DNA of 64,000 nucleotides. Origin: the human T2T-CHM13v2.0 reference genome, Homo sapiens. The position numbers and the translations under genes are program-made. The stretch is taken from NCBI RefSeq assembly GCF_009914755.1, contig NC_060925.1; one strand, 5' to 3'. The notes beneath the pieces are model-generated. The model saw nothing but the letters and a program-made list of their open reading frames with translations, was not told the DNA's origin and did not search any database. Positions within the stretch are counted from its first letter, which is position 1. Each line of letters begins with the position of its first letter. Of this stretch, positions 1 through 14,335 are shown piece after piece.

Positions 1-1127
1 CTGGATTTAAACTCAGACCTTCTGGGTTTCAAGCACTCTCTCTTCTGTGGTAAGCTTTTGACTACAGCACATTGACTTATTTGTGGGATCATCACACACT
101 GATGAGATGATCAGAAGCTCAGAACAAGATGGGGCTAACAAATTTTATCCAACATTTTTTGCTTCTAAGGAGGAATAATCACAATTTATAAAACAGGTGT
201 CTGTCTTATTTTTACAGGATACTTGACACTCCAGCATTCTACTTAAGATATCACTCAAACCATCTGACGATATTCAGATGTAGATTAAGTCTTCATAACA
301 TTTATGCAGTACATTCTGATCTGATAATTTTGAACCTTTGAACTTTCAGGGACTGGTGTTTTGTTTTTTATTTTCCTTCCTCATGCCCTATGAAATGAAC
401 TAAAACAATAAAAAATATTTAGCCTCATGTGATCTGACTACAATCATAGAAAGTGACCTCAATAATATATTTTATATCAATCATTACCCAAGTGACTGAT
501 AGAAATGCAAATATCATCTGGAACTTTTCTAACAACATAATGTAACTGTCTGGCAGTCCCAGGGAGAATAACTGTGGGGACAAAGCTGTAATGGGAGAAG
601 ATAACATGGACAAGAAGTACAGGGCCATACAATGAACTTGAAGAAAAATGGCTTTCATTCCCTTCCCTTCTCCTCTTTTCTGGGTTAGCTCCAAGAATGG
701 TCATTACAGTATAAAAAAGTCCCCCAAAAATGTTATCATAGATGGACAGGAGTAAGCTGCAAGAGCCTACCAGCAGGTCCTTATTATAGATTTTCCATTT
801 TAAGATTCTATATACTCATCAATAAAATTAAATTTTCTAATTATTACAGTTTACATTTTGAAAATATTATATACATTTATTCTGGGCACAAGTTCTTCAT
901 GAGATACAAGTATAGGAATATTTTCTCCCAATCTGTGACTTGAGTTTTCATTTTCTTAATTGTATCTTTTGATGAGTATGTTAATTGCGATGAAGCATAA
1001 TTCATCTATTTTTTCTTGTATGGTTAGTGTTTTTTTGGTATCCTGTCCAAGACATAATATATATAATATAACCCCAAGGTTATAAAGATATTTACTTAAT
1101 GTTTGCTTTTAAAAATGTACAGTTTGA

Positions 1128-1193
1128 AGGCAAGGAGTATATGCCTTCTGTTCAATTTTGCTGTGAATCTAAAACTCTAAAAAGAAAGTCTTA
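1128..1193 (+). mobile_element. Short L1MC/MD-type 3' end fragment
   Basis: ttcaattttgctgtgaatctaaaactctaaaaagaaagtc; the same motif occurs at 54790-54833. Confidence 0.55.
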
Positions 1194-1730
1194 TAGTCTT
1201 ACCTTACTGTTTACTTTTTTATATCATATATTTAAAATTACTTTTTTGTCCTGTGTGAGGTAGACATGAGGTTTATTTTTTAATATAGGTATCCAATAAT
1301 TCCAGTACTATTTGTTGAAAGGGCTTTCTTTTCTCCATTGGATTGCTTTTGCACCCCTGTCAAAAATCAATTGAGTGTATATGTGTGGGTCTATTTCTGG
1401 ACTTTCTATCCATTACATTGATCTATTTGTCTACCCTGACACCCAAACACACTTGCTTGATTACTGTAGATTTATAGAAAATCTTGAAGGCAGATAGTAC
1501 AAATTCTCCCACTTCCCACTTTGTTCTCCTTTTTCAAGATTGTTTTGGCTATTCTAGTTTGTCTGAATTCCAGTGTAAATTTTAGCATAGCTTGCCAACT
1601 TCTAAAAAACACATGTTGGGAGTTTGATTGGGATTATGATGTATATACAGATCAATCCAGGGAGAAATAACATCTTAATATATCTTACCATTATTTTAAG
1701 TCTTCTTTAATTTTTCTTCAGCAGTTCTTC

Positions 1731-2524
1731 TTAACTTTTATTTTAGATGCAAGGGTACATATGCAGGTTTGTAATAAAGGTAAACTCGTGTCATGGGGGT
1801 TCATTATACAGGTTATTTTGTCACTCAGGTATTAAGCATAGTGCCCAGTAGTTATTTTTTTCCTGATCCTCTCCCTCCTTGCACCTTCCATCCTCAAGTA
1901 GGCCCCAGTGTTTGTTGTTCCCTATTTTGTGTCCTTGTATTCTCATTATTTAGCTCCCACTTATGAGTGACAAAATGGAGTGTTTAGTTTTCTGTTCCTG
2001 CATTAGTTTGCTAAAAATAATGGCCTCCAGCTCCATCCATGTTTCCATAAAAGACACATCTCGTTCCTTTTTATGGTTGCATAGTATTCCATAGTGTATA
2101 TGTACCACATTTTCTTCATCCAATCTGTCACTGATGGCCATTTAGGTTGATTTAATGTCTTTGCTATTGTGAATAGTGCTGCAATAAACATATGTGTTCA
2201 TGTGTCTTCATGGTAGAATGATTTATGTTCCTTTGGGTATATATTTGGCAATGGGATTGCTGGGTAGAATAGCAGTTCTTTTTTTTGCTCTTTGAGGAAT
2301 CAACACACTGCTTTCCACAATGGTTGAACTAATTTGCACTTCCATTGACAGTGTACAAGCATTCTGTTTTCTCTGCAACCTCACCAGCATCTATTATTTT
2401 TTGAGTTTTTATTAATAACCATTCTGATTGGTGAGAGATGGTATTTTAGTGTGCTTTTATTTGCATTTCTCTAATGATCAGTGACACTGAGCTTTTTTTC
2501 ATACGCTTGTTGGCTGCATGTATC
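1731..2524 (-). mobile_element. L1PA (older, ~PA13-16) 3' end, 5' truncated
   Basis: ttttattttagatgcaagggtacatatgcaggtttg...; ORF-track peptides MFIAALFTIAK and WMELEAIIFSKL are the L1 ORF2p C-terminus. Confidence 0.9.
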
Positions 2525-3070
2525 CACGTCGCTGTGAAAGCAATTCTTTCAGTGCAGATACTACATATATTTTAATTTGTTCCTAAGTATTTTATAGTTT
2601 TTACATGCCATTGTAAATGACATTTTAAAATTTTAATTTCCAGTTCATTGTTCCAATTGTTCATGTAGAAACAGAACTATTATTGTACATTGTTTTTGTA
2701 TTATGAAACTTTGTTAAATTCACTTATTATTTTAATAGTGTATTTATAGGTTCTTTAGGATTTTCTATGCACACAATCTTACCATCTGCAAATAAAGACA
2801 GTGCAAGCCCATTTTTTTCCAATGTAAATATCATTTATTTATTTTTATGACCTTATTGCGCTGGTTAGGACTTCCAGTACAATATTGAATAGAAGTAGAA
2901 AGAATGGACATTCTTGCCCAGCTCTTGATCTTAAGAGAAAATAATTTATCCTTTCAACATTAAGTATGATACTAGGTATAGGATTTTTGTAGACGTTTCC
3001 TTCTATTAATGAATTGCTGAAGGCCATTATTATGATTGGATGTTGGATTTTGTCAAATGCTTTTGCTGAT

Positions 3071-3960
3071 CTAAGGACTTATAACTAGAATGATTAAGAA
3101 CTCCAAGAAATCAATTAAAAAATTAAAAAATGGACAAAATATTTGAATAGACAGTTCACAGAGTAAGATACATGGAAGGCCAATAAGAACATAAAGAAGA
3201 GTTAACATCTTCTTATTAGGGAGAAGAAAATTAAAATCACAATGAGATATCAACACATATGTACTAGAATAGCTGAAACTAAAAAGACTGAGAATATCAA
3301 AAGGTGGCTGGAACATAGAAGAACCAAACACCCACCCACAGCTGGTAGGACTGTGAAAGAGTAAAGCCACTTTGGAACTCTGTTTGGAAGTTTCTTGTAA
3401 AACTTACGCATCCACCTTATGACTGAGAAATTATACTTCTATGTACTAGCCAAGAGAAATGAAAACATGTTCACAAAAGGAGTTATGCAAGTATGTTTAT
3501 AGCAAAAATATTTATAACACCAAAAAAGTGAAAACAGCCTAAATACAACTTAGAGTAAATAAATTGTGGTATTTTAATAAAATATAGTATTATTTACCAA
3601 CAAAAATGAACTAATACCTACAATAATATGAAAAAATCTCTGTAATATTATAGTGAGTGAAAGTTGCAACACATACAAAAATACATATTCTGTAGAATTC
3701 CATTTATGTGAATGCTAAAAAACATGAACAAACTAATCTATGGTGGCAGGTGCTAGATGGTGTTTGCTTCTGGTGGTGGTAAAGGAAGATGTAATGGCTG
3801 GAAAAGTGCACAAGGCAGCTTCTAAGGTGTTGGCAATGTTGCATGCTTTGGCAGAGGTGAGGATTTCACGGATATATGTGTTTGTCACAACTTGTCAAAT
3901 GGTTCATTTAAGACCTCTGTATTTTTCCTCCAAGTAATTTATATTTCAATAAGGGAAAAT
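3071..3960 (+). mobile_element. L1ME-like ORF2 end and 3' UTR, sense segment
   Basis: aaaatggacaaaatatttgaatagacagttcacag...ccactttggaactctgtttggaagtttctt...aactaatctatggtggcagg. Confidence 0.8.
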
Positions 3961-4203
3961 AAGTGGCATAGAAGATAAAAAACTTTTAAAGTTGTAAATA
4001 GGAAATTATAGTATCCTCTTTTGAAACTGTCATTATGCTTTTGGTAAGGGTCTTGCTGTTGACATCTATACATTTCTTTGGACACTGCTTTATTCTCTGT
4101 GTTGAATAACTTTCCAGAAAGGAAAAAAATAGATAATTAGACATCTACATATAATATTACCACAACCAAATAGCAATAGTTTTATGAAATTGTGTTATTT
4201 CAG

Positions 4204-6062
4204 TTTTTTTTATTAGTATAAAATTAAGGGGTACAAGTGCAGTTTTGTTACATGGATATATTGCATAGTGGTGAAGTTTGAGCTTTTAGTGTAACCATCA
4301 CACGAGTAATGTACATTGTACCCGTTAAGCAATTCCTCATCCCATATCCTGCTTCTACCCAATTCCTCATCCTACACCCTGCTTCTACCCTCCCACCGTT
4401 TTGAGACTCCAATGACTATTATTCCACACTCTATGTGCATGTGTACACATTAATTAACTTCCACTCACAAGTGGGAACATGCAGTATTTGACTTTCTTTT
4501 TCTGAGTTGTTTCACTTAAAATAATGGCCTCCAGAGGGCACAGTGGCTCATGCTTGTAAGCCCAGAACTCTGGGAGGCTGAGGTGGGTGGATCACTTGAG
4601 GTGAGGAGTTCGAGAACAGCCTGGACAACATGGAGGAACGCTGTCTCTACTAAAAATACAAAAATTAGCTGGGCGTGGTGGCAGACGCCTGTAATCCCAG
4701 CTACTGGGGAGGCTCAGGCATGAGAATCGCTTGAATCTGAGAGGCAGGGTTGCAGTGAGCCGAGAACGTGCCACTGCACTCCAGCCTGGGTGACAGAGCA
4801 AGACTGTGTCTCAAATAAATAAATAAAAATAAATTAAAAAAATAAAAAAGAAAATGGCTTCCAGATCCATCGATGTTGCTATAAAATACATGATTTCATT
4901 CTTTTTTTATGGCTGAATAGTATTCTACATTTTCTTTATTATCTGTCAAAGTACATTTAGCTTTATTCCATATCTTTGCTATCGTGAATAGTGCTGCCAT
5001 AAACATATGAATGTATTTTTTTGATGTAATGATGTCTTTTCCTTTGGATATAAACCCAATAGTAGGATTGCTGAGGTGAATGGTAGTTTTATTTTCAGTT
5101 CTCTGAGAAATCTCTATACTCTTTTCCACAGGGTTTGAACTATTTACATTCCCACCAAAAATGTATAAGCATTCCCTTTTTTTTCCCACATCCTCACCTA
5201 TATCTGTTATTTTTTGACTTTTTAGTAAGAGCCATTCTGACTGGTATAAGATAATATCTCATTGTGGTTTTAATTTACATTTCTCTGATGATTAGTGATG
5301 TTGAACAGTTTTTTATATGCTTGATGGGGTTTGTCTTCTTTTGAAAAATGTCTGTTCACGTCCTTTGCGTACTTTTTAATAGGGGTTACTTGTTTGTTGT
5401 TGTTGTTGAGTTGTTTGAGTTCTTTGTAAATTCTGGGTGACAGTCCCTGTTGGATACGTAGTTTGAATATATTTTCTCTTATTCTGTAGGCCTTCTGTTA
5501 TCTCGATTATTTCATTTGCTGTGCAGAAGCTTTTTATTTTAAGTCCCATTTGTCTATTTTTGGTTTTGTTGCATTTGCTTTTGAGGTCTTTGTCATAATT
5601 ATTTTTGCCTAGACTCATGTCCAGAAGAGTTTTCCTTAGATTTTTTTCTAGTACTTTTATAGTTTCAGATCTTACATTTAAGTCTTTGATGGATTTTGAG
5701 GGGATTTTTAAATATGGTTAGAGGTAGAAGTATAATTCAATTTTTATGCATATGGCAATCCAATCATCCCAGCACTATTTATTGAAAAAGGTGTCCTTGT
5801 CCTAGTGTATACTTTTTGTCAACTTTGTCAAAGGTCAGTTGACTGTAGATATGTGGCTTTCTTTCTGGGTTCTTTATTCTGTTCCATTGATCCATGTGTC
5901 TATTTTTGTACCAGTACCATGCTGTTTTTATTACCACAGCCTAATTGTATAATTTGAGGTCAGGTAATGTGATGACTCCAGCTTTGAACTTTTTGTCAAA
6001 TTTGCTTTGGCTATTTGGACTCTTTTTTGGTTGCATATGAATTTTAGAATTGTTTTATCAAT
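4204..6062 (-). mobile_element. L1PB-type 3' ~1.5 kb, interrupted by an Alu
   Basis: ggtacaagtgcagttttgttacatggatatattgcatagtggtgaag 3' UTR, followed by antisense ORF2. Confidence 0.88.
4535..4849 (+). mobile_element. AluS
   Basis: Full dimer with A-tail; degenerate TSD aatggcctccag / aatggcttccag. Confidence 0.95.
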
Positions 6063-6419
6063 AACTGAGAATGATGTATCTGGTCATATGGATACAATTT
6101 TGGTTTCTATTATCAAAACAAATCCTTGTTTTCAGAGTTGCTGTACAACCACCATGACAGAATTTCTGATTTTATCCTAATGAGAGCCTTTTAATGAGCA
6201 CAGATTATGTTCATTTATTAATATCACCAATATGTATTTCATCATTTTTGAAACCTACTGAAAGTACAGTAATTTGGCAGGTTTATTGTTTTCTTCTAAA
6301 ATGACTGCTGCTGTTCTTAAAAGGATCTAGCTGGAATTTTAATTATACATTGGCTTTCTTTTTTCCTCCTAAATAAGGACACAACAGATAATTCGTGCAA
6401 TTTAATTCTATAAACATGT

Positions 6420-7320
6420 AGCATTGTGCTAGGTGCTTGCAAACTCCAGTATGAATAAGATATTATCTTTCCTTCAAAATGCTTGTAATGACCTGCAGCA
6501 CTGGACAAGAAGATATACAATTAAAGAAAATGCAGTACTTGCAATACTAGTTGTAGGAACCATGGGCTGTAATAAAATAAAAAGGAGTGATTTGACTTTC
6601 TTGGAGGCCAAGGAAGAGGGTCATAGACAGACTCACAAAAGAAGTGACATTTAAGATAGATTCTAAAAATATATTAATGATTGATCAGTATGTTCAATTC
6701 AGCTACCATGCCATTACTCCTACATGGTAGACATTGCATTAGGCACTGGCACACAGTCTGTGTTCTAGGCCGTCAAGAAGCTTATAATCTAGGCATATTT
6801 TGCCAAGTCAAGAAGGCATAAAGGTTGCTCACCTGTCTATCTCACTCCTTCTATTCTGGCTTTTTCCATGTTATTTTTACCAAACTCAATTCACACATAA
6901 AAAGGAACTTTAAGTTCAAAGGTTCTTTACATATTCTTTTCTTTTCTGATGTAATGGAAAAAGTAATGGCTTGGTAAGTCAAGTGATTACTAATTCTTAA
7001 TGTTACCAATAAGCTTTTTTCTTTCAACATTCATTTAGTCATCAGTTCACTTCTTCAGTCAACATTTATTAAGGCATTACCATGTTCAGTGCATGTCTAG
7101 AGAACTTAGATACAAAGATGGGTAAGAAAAGTGAGGTTATTTTCTAGTAAAGGAAGCAGACTTACAAAAATACAACTGCGATGTGATACTGGTTACAGCT
7201 AAGGTTCAAAAAGGAAGGAGACATTAATTCTATAGCAAAGGTCAGGGAATAGCTCAAAAAGTGATGCTTGAGAACTGGAAGGCCATTCCAGATGTCGGGA
7301 ACAGCATGTGGAAATGCATG
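6420..7320 (-). mobile_element. L2 fragments
   Basis: cattcatttagtc...caacatttattaaggcattaccatg (L2 3' end, reverse complement) and related pieces. Confidence 0.5.
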
Positions 7321-7657
7321 CAGATCCCAAGTGATCATTAGTTTTTGGCCTCTACTGTTTTTCTTTCATGACTGGTATTTAGGAGTCCTGTTCTCATCCC
7401 AAGCACCAAAAAGTGAAGACATTTTCTTTCATGCTTTTCCAGTTGCAAAATTTGTTGTTCAAATATCGGACTGTCCAATTTCTTTCATGTTTCTTAACGA
7501 AGAATGTCAACATAACTCTTATTTCCCATAATTAAAAGTGCCAAATAGTAATGTTTTCTTTTCTGAAATCACTAAAATATATACATTGCCTCCAACTCTA
7601 TAGATGAATTTCTGGATGAAGTTATATTTGCAATTATATTTTCATTTTGGTAATCTT

Positions 7658-7942
7658 CACAAGCCCATAGTTAAAACCTTTGGAGCCAGATGTATGGATT
7701 TAGAAATATCTTTTGGATTTTAGAAATGTAAAATGGTACATACACCTAATTTTAATAAACACTCCCTCTCCAGCCCCAGCAAGGTGTGGGGTAGCAACCT
7801 GGAATCAAACACGTTAATCTGATGTTCTCTGAGAGGAATAAAGATTATAGCAAGTCTCACATCAGTTCAGGCCAGGTTTTCTGCTGAATGAATTATGTAA
7901 AACCATTTGGTTTCAGTATGTTTTGGATTTCAGAATTGTTAA
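7658..7942 (-). mobile_element. Tigger-family MITE (MER46C-like) inside a MIR
   Basis: Terminal ttttggatttcagaattgttaatgagggattatggaactgta with TA flank; MIR core follows at 7945-8070. Confidence 0.55.
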
Positions 7943-8339
7943 TGAGGGATTATGGAACTGTATTGTAATTATTTTCATTGTACAGTTTTATAAAAAGGTT
8001 TACAGAGATTAAGTAACTTGCCCAAGTTGTCTAGCTAACAAGGAAGCTTCACATAAATCCAGCAGTCTTACTATTTGCTAATAACTGCTGTCCTACATGC
8101 AGTTTCTTCATTGGGTATTTCCAACCTCTGGCCATTTGGAACCTAATGTGATGCTTCTCTGGCATTCCTCTCCTGCCTCTTTTATTTCACTTCTTTTTCA
8201 GCTCAAAATTATTTATTGTTTACTTTCTCCATCAAGAGAAGCTTGTGTTCTGCTCATTGCTGACTTCTCAATCTCTCACTGTTCTATTGCTATTCTCTTT
8301 TTTGTCCCTTTTGGCAATGCAGATTTTTGGATCCCTCCA

Positions 8340-8484
8340 TGAGAATTATGATGTTAAAATGCAGATTCTCAACACACCTCTTACCCACTGACTCAGGATC
8401 AATGCTAGTGGGGCCTGGGAACCTACATTTCTCACAAGCATGCTGCATGGTTTTTAAGCACCAAGAGTTTGACATCAACAGCTC
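8340..8484. mobile_element. MER5-type hAT MITE
   Basis: tgttaaaatgcagattctc...gtggggcctgggaacctacatttctcacaagc. Confidence 0.65.
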
Positions 8485-9009
8485 TGTGTTGTGCCAAAGC
8501 TGATGACTGTTCTTCTCAGGAATTTGCTCTTCTTGCAGGCACAGATTTTAATGGCTTGCACAGTAAGTGTACTAACACCCAACTACCTGCCCTTCAACAG
8601 CCACCTGAAGAAATGCTGGTTAGGCAGTTTGATCAGTTAATAAGTAAGGTAAGCATAAGGAAAGTATATTAATATGCTAATTACTTGAAAGATAACATGA
8701 CATACTTGGCCAAATCCTTGTTTCCATAGCCCAAGTCTCATTTTCTCTCCATTGTCAAACACTGCACTGTAATGGGTTTCTTCTAAATATCTATTCTGGT
8801 TTATTCTAGCCTGACCTATGAGTGAATATCAGAGTAGCCATTGTACTTTCCAAACAAAATTTTCCTGTGTAAAGAAGCCAGATACTTCTAGAGTGTCTTT
8901 CTACAAAGGGTCTACATTTTCTCTCATCTTCCTATAGTATGCGGACACTGTGAGGACCAGCATACTATTCTTTGGCTAATGATAGGACAATGTGAGTTAT
9001 ATGCAAAGA

Positions 9010-9063
9010 CACACACACACATACACACACATACACACGTACATACAAACACACACACACACA
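9010..9063. repeat. Imperfect (CA)n microsatellite
   Basis: Direct reading. Confidence 0.9.
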
Positions 9064-9093
9064 AAAGCAGCAACATTAAGAAAGAATGATTAG

Positions 9094-9190
9094 TTTGCTG
9101 AGAATGATGCACATGTACCCTAGAACTTAAAGTATAATAAAAAATATAAACATAATAAAAAGAAAAATAAAAAAATTATAGGACCAAAAA
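9094..9190 (+). mobile_element. Ultra-short L1PA insertion with 5' inversion and TSDs
   Basis: gcacatgtaccctagaacttaaagtataataaaa L1PA tail; TSD aaagaaYgattag at 9081-9093 and 9191-9203. Confidence 0.8.
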
Positions 9191-11017
9191 AAAGAACGAT
9201 TAGGAAATCACCTGTACCCTAGATCCAGAGTACTTTGATTCACTACTGGGGATATAAATCTAAAGGGATAATCACCTATTGTTTTAGTCATGTCAGCCTG
9301 CACAGGAGAATCCAGAAGCACAAATCTATTACCAGACCATCTGCTTATTCCTCAAGTTAGTGTTGAGAAATGAATCACTAATATAATCACATAGAAAAAT
9401 CTTCCTTTTTTTAAACGAATGATAATGCTGAAAATTACACTTACGATTTTGATGAAAGCTGAGCTTAACAAAATAAAGTCTGAATCTCGATTCAAACTAT
9501 TACCAAATCAGTTTCCATTTATGTCATTGACACAAGTTGTCTTCATCATTACCCATCTTTTATTTGAATATGTAAGTTTTGAAACGAGTGTGAAAATCCT
9601 TTAAAGACAAAACATGACAGTGCAATGCAGCTACTTCCATTTCCGCTCACATGGCAACCACCCAAATTTGAGACAATGATTTTATAGATGGTCATAAACT
9701 ATCATGTCAGAGACAATTTCCTTGAGATATTTACATCGAATGATTGTAAAGTCATTTGTGAATTTTTTTTAGTTATAAGCAACCTTAGGATATTGATAGT
9801 CATTGATAAAGGCAAGAACACTCACTGTCTAAATACTGCAGAGTCAGTTTATGATAATATGATTAGTTACACTAATAATGCTGCTTAGGCATTATCTTGC
9901 TAATTACAATATTATAAATATTAATGTCACAGTCTTTCTGTTTGATTGCCACTCATGGAGTCATTCATCATGACATTTTCCTGGAACCCACATTGTAAGA
10001 TTTTATTTCTTTCCTCCTTTTCTTTTTTCATTACTGGACTTGCAACCATACACATTACTCTTGAAGAAGGGTTTTTTTTGGCTATCTATTAGGAGAGGGA
10101 CAGTGATATTTTCTACTAAAACTAGCCAAATATAAGTCAATTATATGATGTTTCTCTTATTCTTTCTGAGTCCCTAACCCAGTCATCCAAGGCAGAGTAC
10201 CCAGGGCTTTTGTTTTCCATTCTTTTTCATGTGACCTGCTTCAAGTTAAGATTCATTTGAATTATTAAATGCTTCCTTAAAGAATCTTTTTATACTGCCT
10301 CTCTTTTTTTTAAAGTTAATTATTGATGTAGTGACAAGCTGAAAAGACTAAGAATTATAATTTTTTCCTCCCCTCATTGAGGGCTCAAGAAATGTCTTCT
10401 GACAATGGTTATCTATTTAGAATAATACAAAGGAAATACAAAGGCAAAATGCTGAATGTTGTTTTAGCAGTGTTGCTAAAATCACTGTATTATAGAAAAC
10501 GTAAATGTAGTGTATATTTCTTGGAAAATAGCAGTTAGTGAGAAAGCTGGGACCATAACCGTTTGAGACCGGGTTTAACCACACAGCAGAAGCAGTTACA
10601 AAAGATACTGATTAGATTTTAATTTTAAAAACTTCCTTATATTATTCAAGACTACAGTGATTTGATTGTCTTGAAAATAGAAAGGTAATGTTATAATTTC
10701 CAGAAAGCATAAAGAAATCTCCAGACTCCCACTGGGAAGAATGCCAGTCATCACCACAGTAAGCAAGAATTTGGAGGCACTTTACACTGCAAACATTGGT
10801 CTTTTCCTTTTATATAATCTTGTGTTGTATTGGTTTATAAAAAGGTAACTCACAGACCCATCATATGGCTGTAATCAAGTCTCCTTCAGAAAGAGTCCAC
10901 TGAAGAAATCACATCCAGGAGGCACTGTGTTTCCTTTGTTAGTGAGAATGTGAGATGGTAAATAAGATCTGAAATAGAAACCAAGGCTGAGTTCTCAAGA
11001 ATAACACAGGAGATTTA

Positions 11018-11206
<189 letters not shown>

Positions 11207-11329
11207 CTAGAAAAGACAGAGCAGTCAACCAAGTGTCAAACCAAGAGATAATTCTCCAAACAAATTCACTTTTCTTTGAGTCAACAAATATTTATTTTAT
11301 GTGCCAGGCACTGTTTGAGGCATGATGGA

Positions 11330-11510
11330 TCAGTAGCCGTCTGGAGATGGGGGTGGTGGGGAGGAATGGACTGCAAAGAACACAAGGAAATTTCCAGGGA
11401 CAATGAACATTTTTCATAAACTTGCAATGGTAATGGTGTCACAGGTATATACATGTTCCAAAACTTATTAAGTTGTATAGTTTAAATAGCTACAGTTTAT
11501 TATATGTCAG
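11330..11510 (+). mobile_element. L1ME-like 3' UTR fragment just upstream of the exon 20 acceptor
   Basis: gactgcaaagaacacaaggaaatttccaggg...ggtatatacatgttccaaaacttattaagttgtatagtttaaata. Confidence 0.65.
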
Positions 11511-11659
11511 GCTTAAGGAGTCGAATTTGGCACAACATAATAAAGGACATTTAAATTCTCATTGTCACTCTATTGGGATGTGCTGCCTGCAGGCAGTTCT
11601 CACGTCTGAAAGTGGTCAAACTGAGGTTGGAGTGCTGTTTATTACGTTAACTCAACCAT

Positions 11660-12106
11660 CACTTACCCCTGCCTCTGTCTCCCTCCTCATCTGCTATTGT
11701 TCTCCTTGTTGTCAACTATGATCCAGTTACCCAGGTCTTTCCTTTCTTCCTCAAAAAAATGCCATAGTCTTTCTTTGCCTTAGGATCTTTTCACAAGACC
11801 TTCTCACTGGCTAGAAGGCCTTTCTTTTCCACACATGGCTAACTACCAACCATTCCTCAGGCTCATGGTAAATGTCCCTTCTTCAAGGAGGCTTCCAGGA
11901 GCCCAGAATAGGTTATGGCCTTCTTTTAATCAGACATTTTTAACTTCTAATTATTGCATTATTATTTAGTTGACAACTCACTTCCCAATTAGACCAAAGT
12001 TTCAGAAGGGAAGAACTGCATTTATTTTGGTCACTATATTATCTGCAGTGACTAGGACACTGTTTGTCTGTTAGTCTGCTCTCCAAAATATAAGATGAAT
12101 GAATAA
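11660..12106 (+). mobile_element. L2 3' region
   Basis: Pyrimidine-rich L2 body ending in tgaatgaataa. Confidence 0.55.
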
Positions 12107-12109
12107 TGA

Positions 12110-12800
<691 letters not shown>

Positions 12801-13473
12801 AAAGATTAAAAAGAAAAGAGAACTAAAATAAAAAATTCTGGAGTTAAGGAAGTTTGAATCAGAGAAATTAAAGTTCTTCCACTAAAAAAACCCTGGGGAT
12901 TCTGTGAGTGTGGCTGGGATTTGAGTTAAAGCTTGAAGAATGTGGATTTAGATACTGCTTCTAGGTTGCTTATTTCCAAAGATATCCCTCCAATTTTGAT
13001 ATCACATGTAGACTCCAGAGAGTCATTTACAACTTCCTGTAGAACCTCTTCACCAACATGGCCCAACATTACATCAAATTCAAAATTTACAACATGAATT
13101 CAACATACTTCCCAATTTATATTTCAACTTCAAACAATGAAACAACCATTAAGACAAAACTGAGCAAAGAAAAACTCATTTCTATCCTGTTTTCCCAGAT
13201 GTTGAATACCTAGTATATCAGGGTGTCTGGCAATGGCAGCCAACAAAGAAAAATCATGTCATGCATGAATGAAAAAGAAAATGAAGGAAATGCCTGAAAA
13301 CAGAATAATAAGATTCTATTTCAAAGACTCTTAAAGCCTTTTGGGTCTTTGATTAAATACATTTTATTGTAAGCCTCGTGCCTAGCATGCTACCTGATAC
13401 CTCATTGTTGCTAGGTTGGTTGAGAGAATTTATTGAAAACATACTAGGAGGTTCCAGAATGGGGAATGGGATA

Positions 13474-13475
<2 letters not shown>

Positions 13476-13515
<40 letters not shown>

Positions 13516-13516
13516 A

Positions 13517-13557
<41 letters not shown>

Positions 13558-13578
13558 ATATATATGTATGTGTATATG

Positions 13579-13609
<31 letters not shown>
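13476..13609. repeat. Compound microsatellite (GA)n...(AT)n(GT)n(TA)n
   Basis: Direct reading. Confidence 0.95.
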
Positions 13610-14020
13610 GCCTAGGAGTTCTCAGCAAGCAGTGGTAGTGATTCCATGATGTGTACCTAAAAAAATGCCAGGTGTGAAATTCTGGGAATGCTAGCACTTA
13701 AAAGGAAGGCTAAGGAAGATGATCGTGAGGGACACCGAGCAGAAGAGATCCAAGAGAGTTAAGTCAGGCGCTGCAGAAAGGTCAGGAATATCAGAGCTGG
13801 AAGCGATGACTGGATGTAACACTCGGCAATATACCGGATAACATTTGCCTTTATAGGAGAGATCTGCAATGGAGTAGATGCCGGTTTTTTTGGTAGGTTG
13901 AGGAATGGATGAGGGATGATGAACTAAAGATATGCAGCCAGGTCACATTTCTAAGAAGTTTGGCTCCTGTAAGAGGAAGAGGCGAGCTGGGGTTATAGGT
14001 TATAGGGTTTTGCATTTTGC

Positions 14021-14335
14021 TTTTTACTTTTATTTTTGAGACAGAGTCTTGCTCTGTCACCCAGGCTGGAGTGCAGTGGCACAATCATAGCTCAGTGTAG
14101 CCTCAACCTCCTGAGCTCAAGCAATCCTCTCACCTCAGCTTCCCAAGTAGCTAGGACTACAGGCACACACCACCATGCTTGGGTAATTGTTTTTGGTATT
14201 TATTTATTTATTTTTTTATTTATTCTTATAGAGATGAGGTTTTGCCATATTGCTCAAACTCCTGAGCTCAAGCAATCCGCCCACCTGGCCTCCCACAAAT
14301 GCTGGGATTACAGGCATGGACCACCATGCTTGGCC
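14021..14335 (-). mobile_element. AluJ
   Basis: AluJ diagnostics (atcatagctcagtgtagcctcaacctcctgagctcaagcaatcc). Confidence 0.92.

Larger units (their letters stand above)
858..3070 (-). mobile_element. Old L1M (L1ME-like) ORF2 segment, interrupted by younger insertions
   Basis: Antisense L1 ORF2 motifs (tattttctcccaatctgtg; tctatttctggactttctat; ggacttccagtacaatattgaatagaagt). Confidence 0.8.

Noticed and set aside
10462-10481. Short hairpin ttttagca-gtgt-tgctaaaa
   Set aside because: An 8-bp AT-rich stem is expected by chance.
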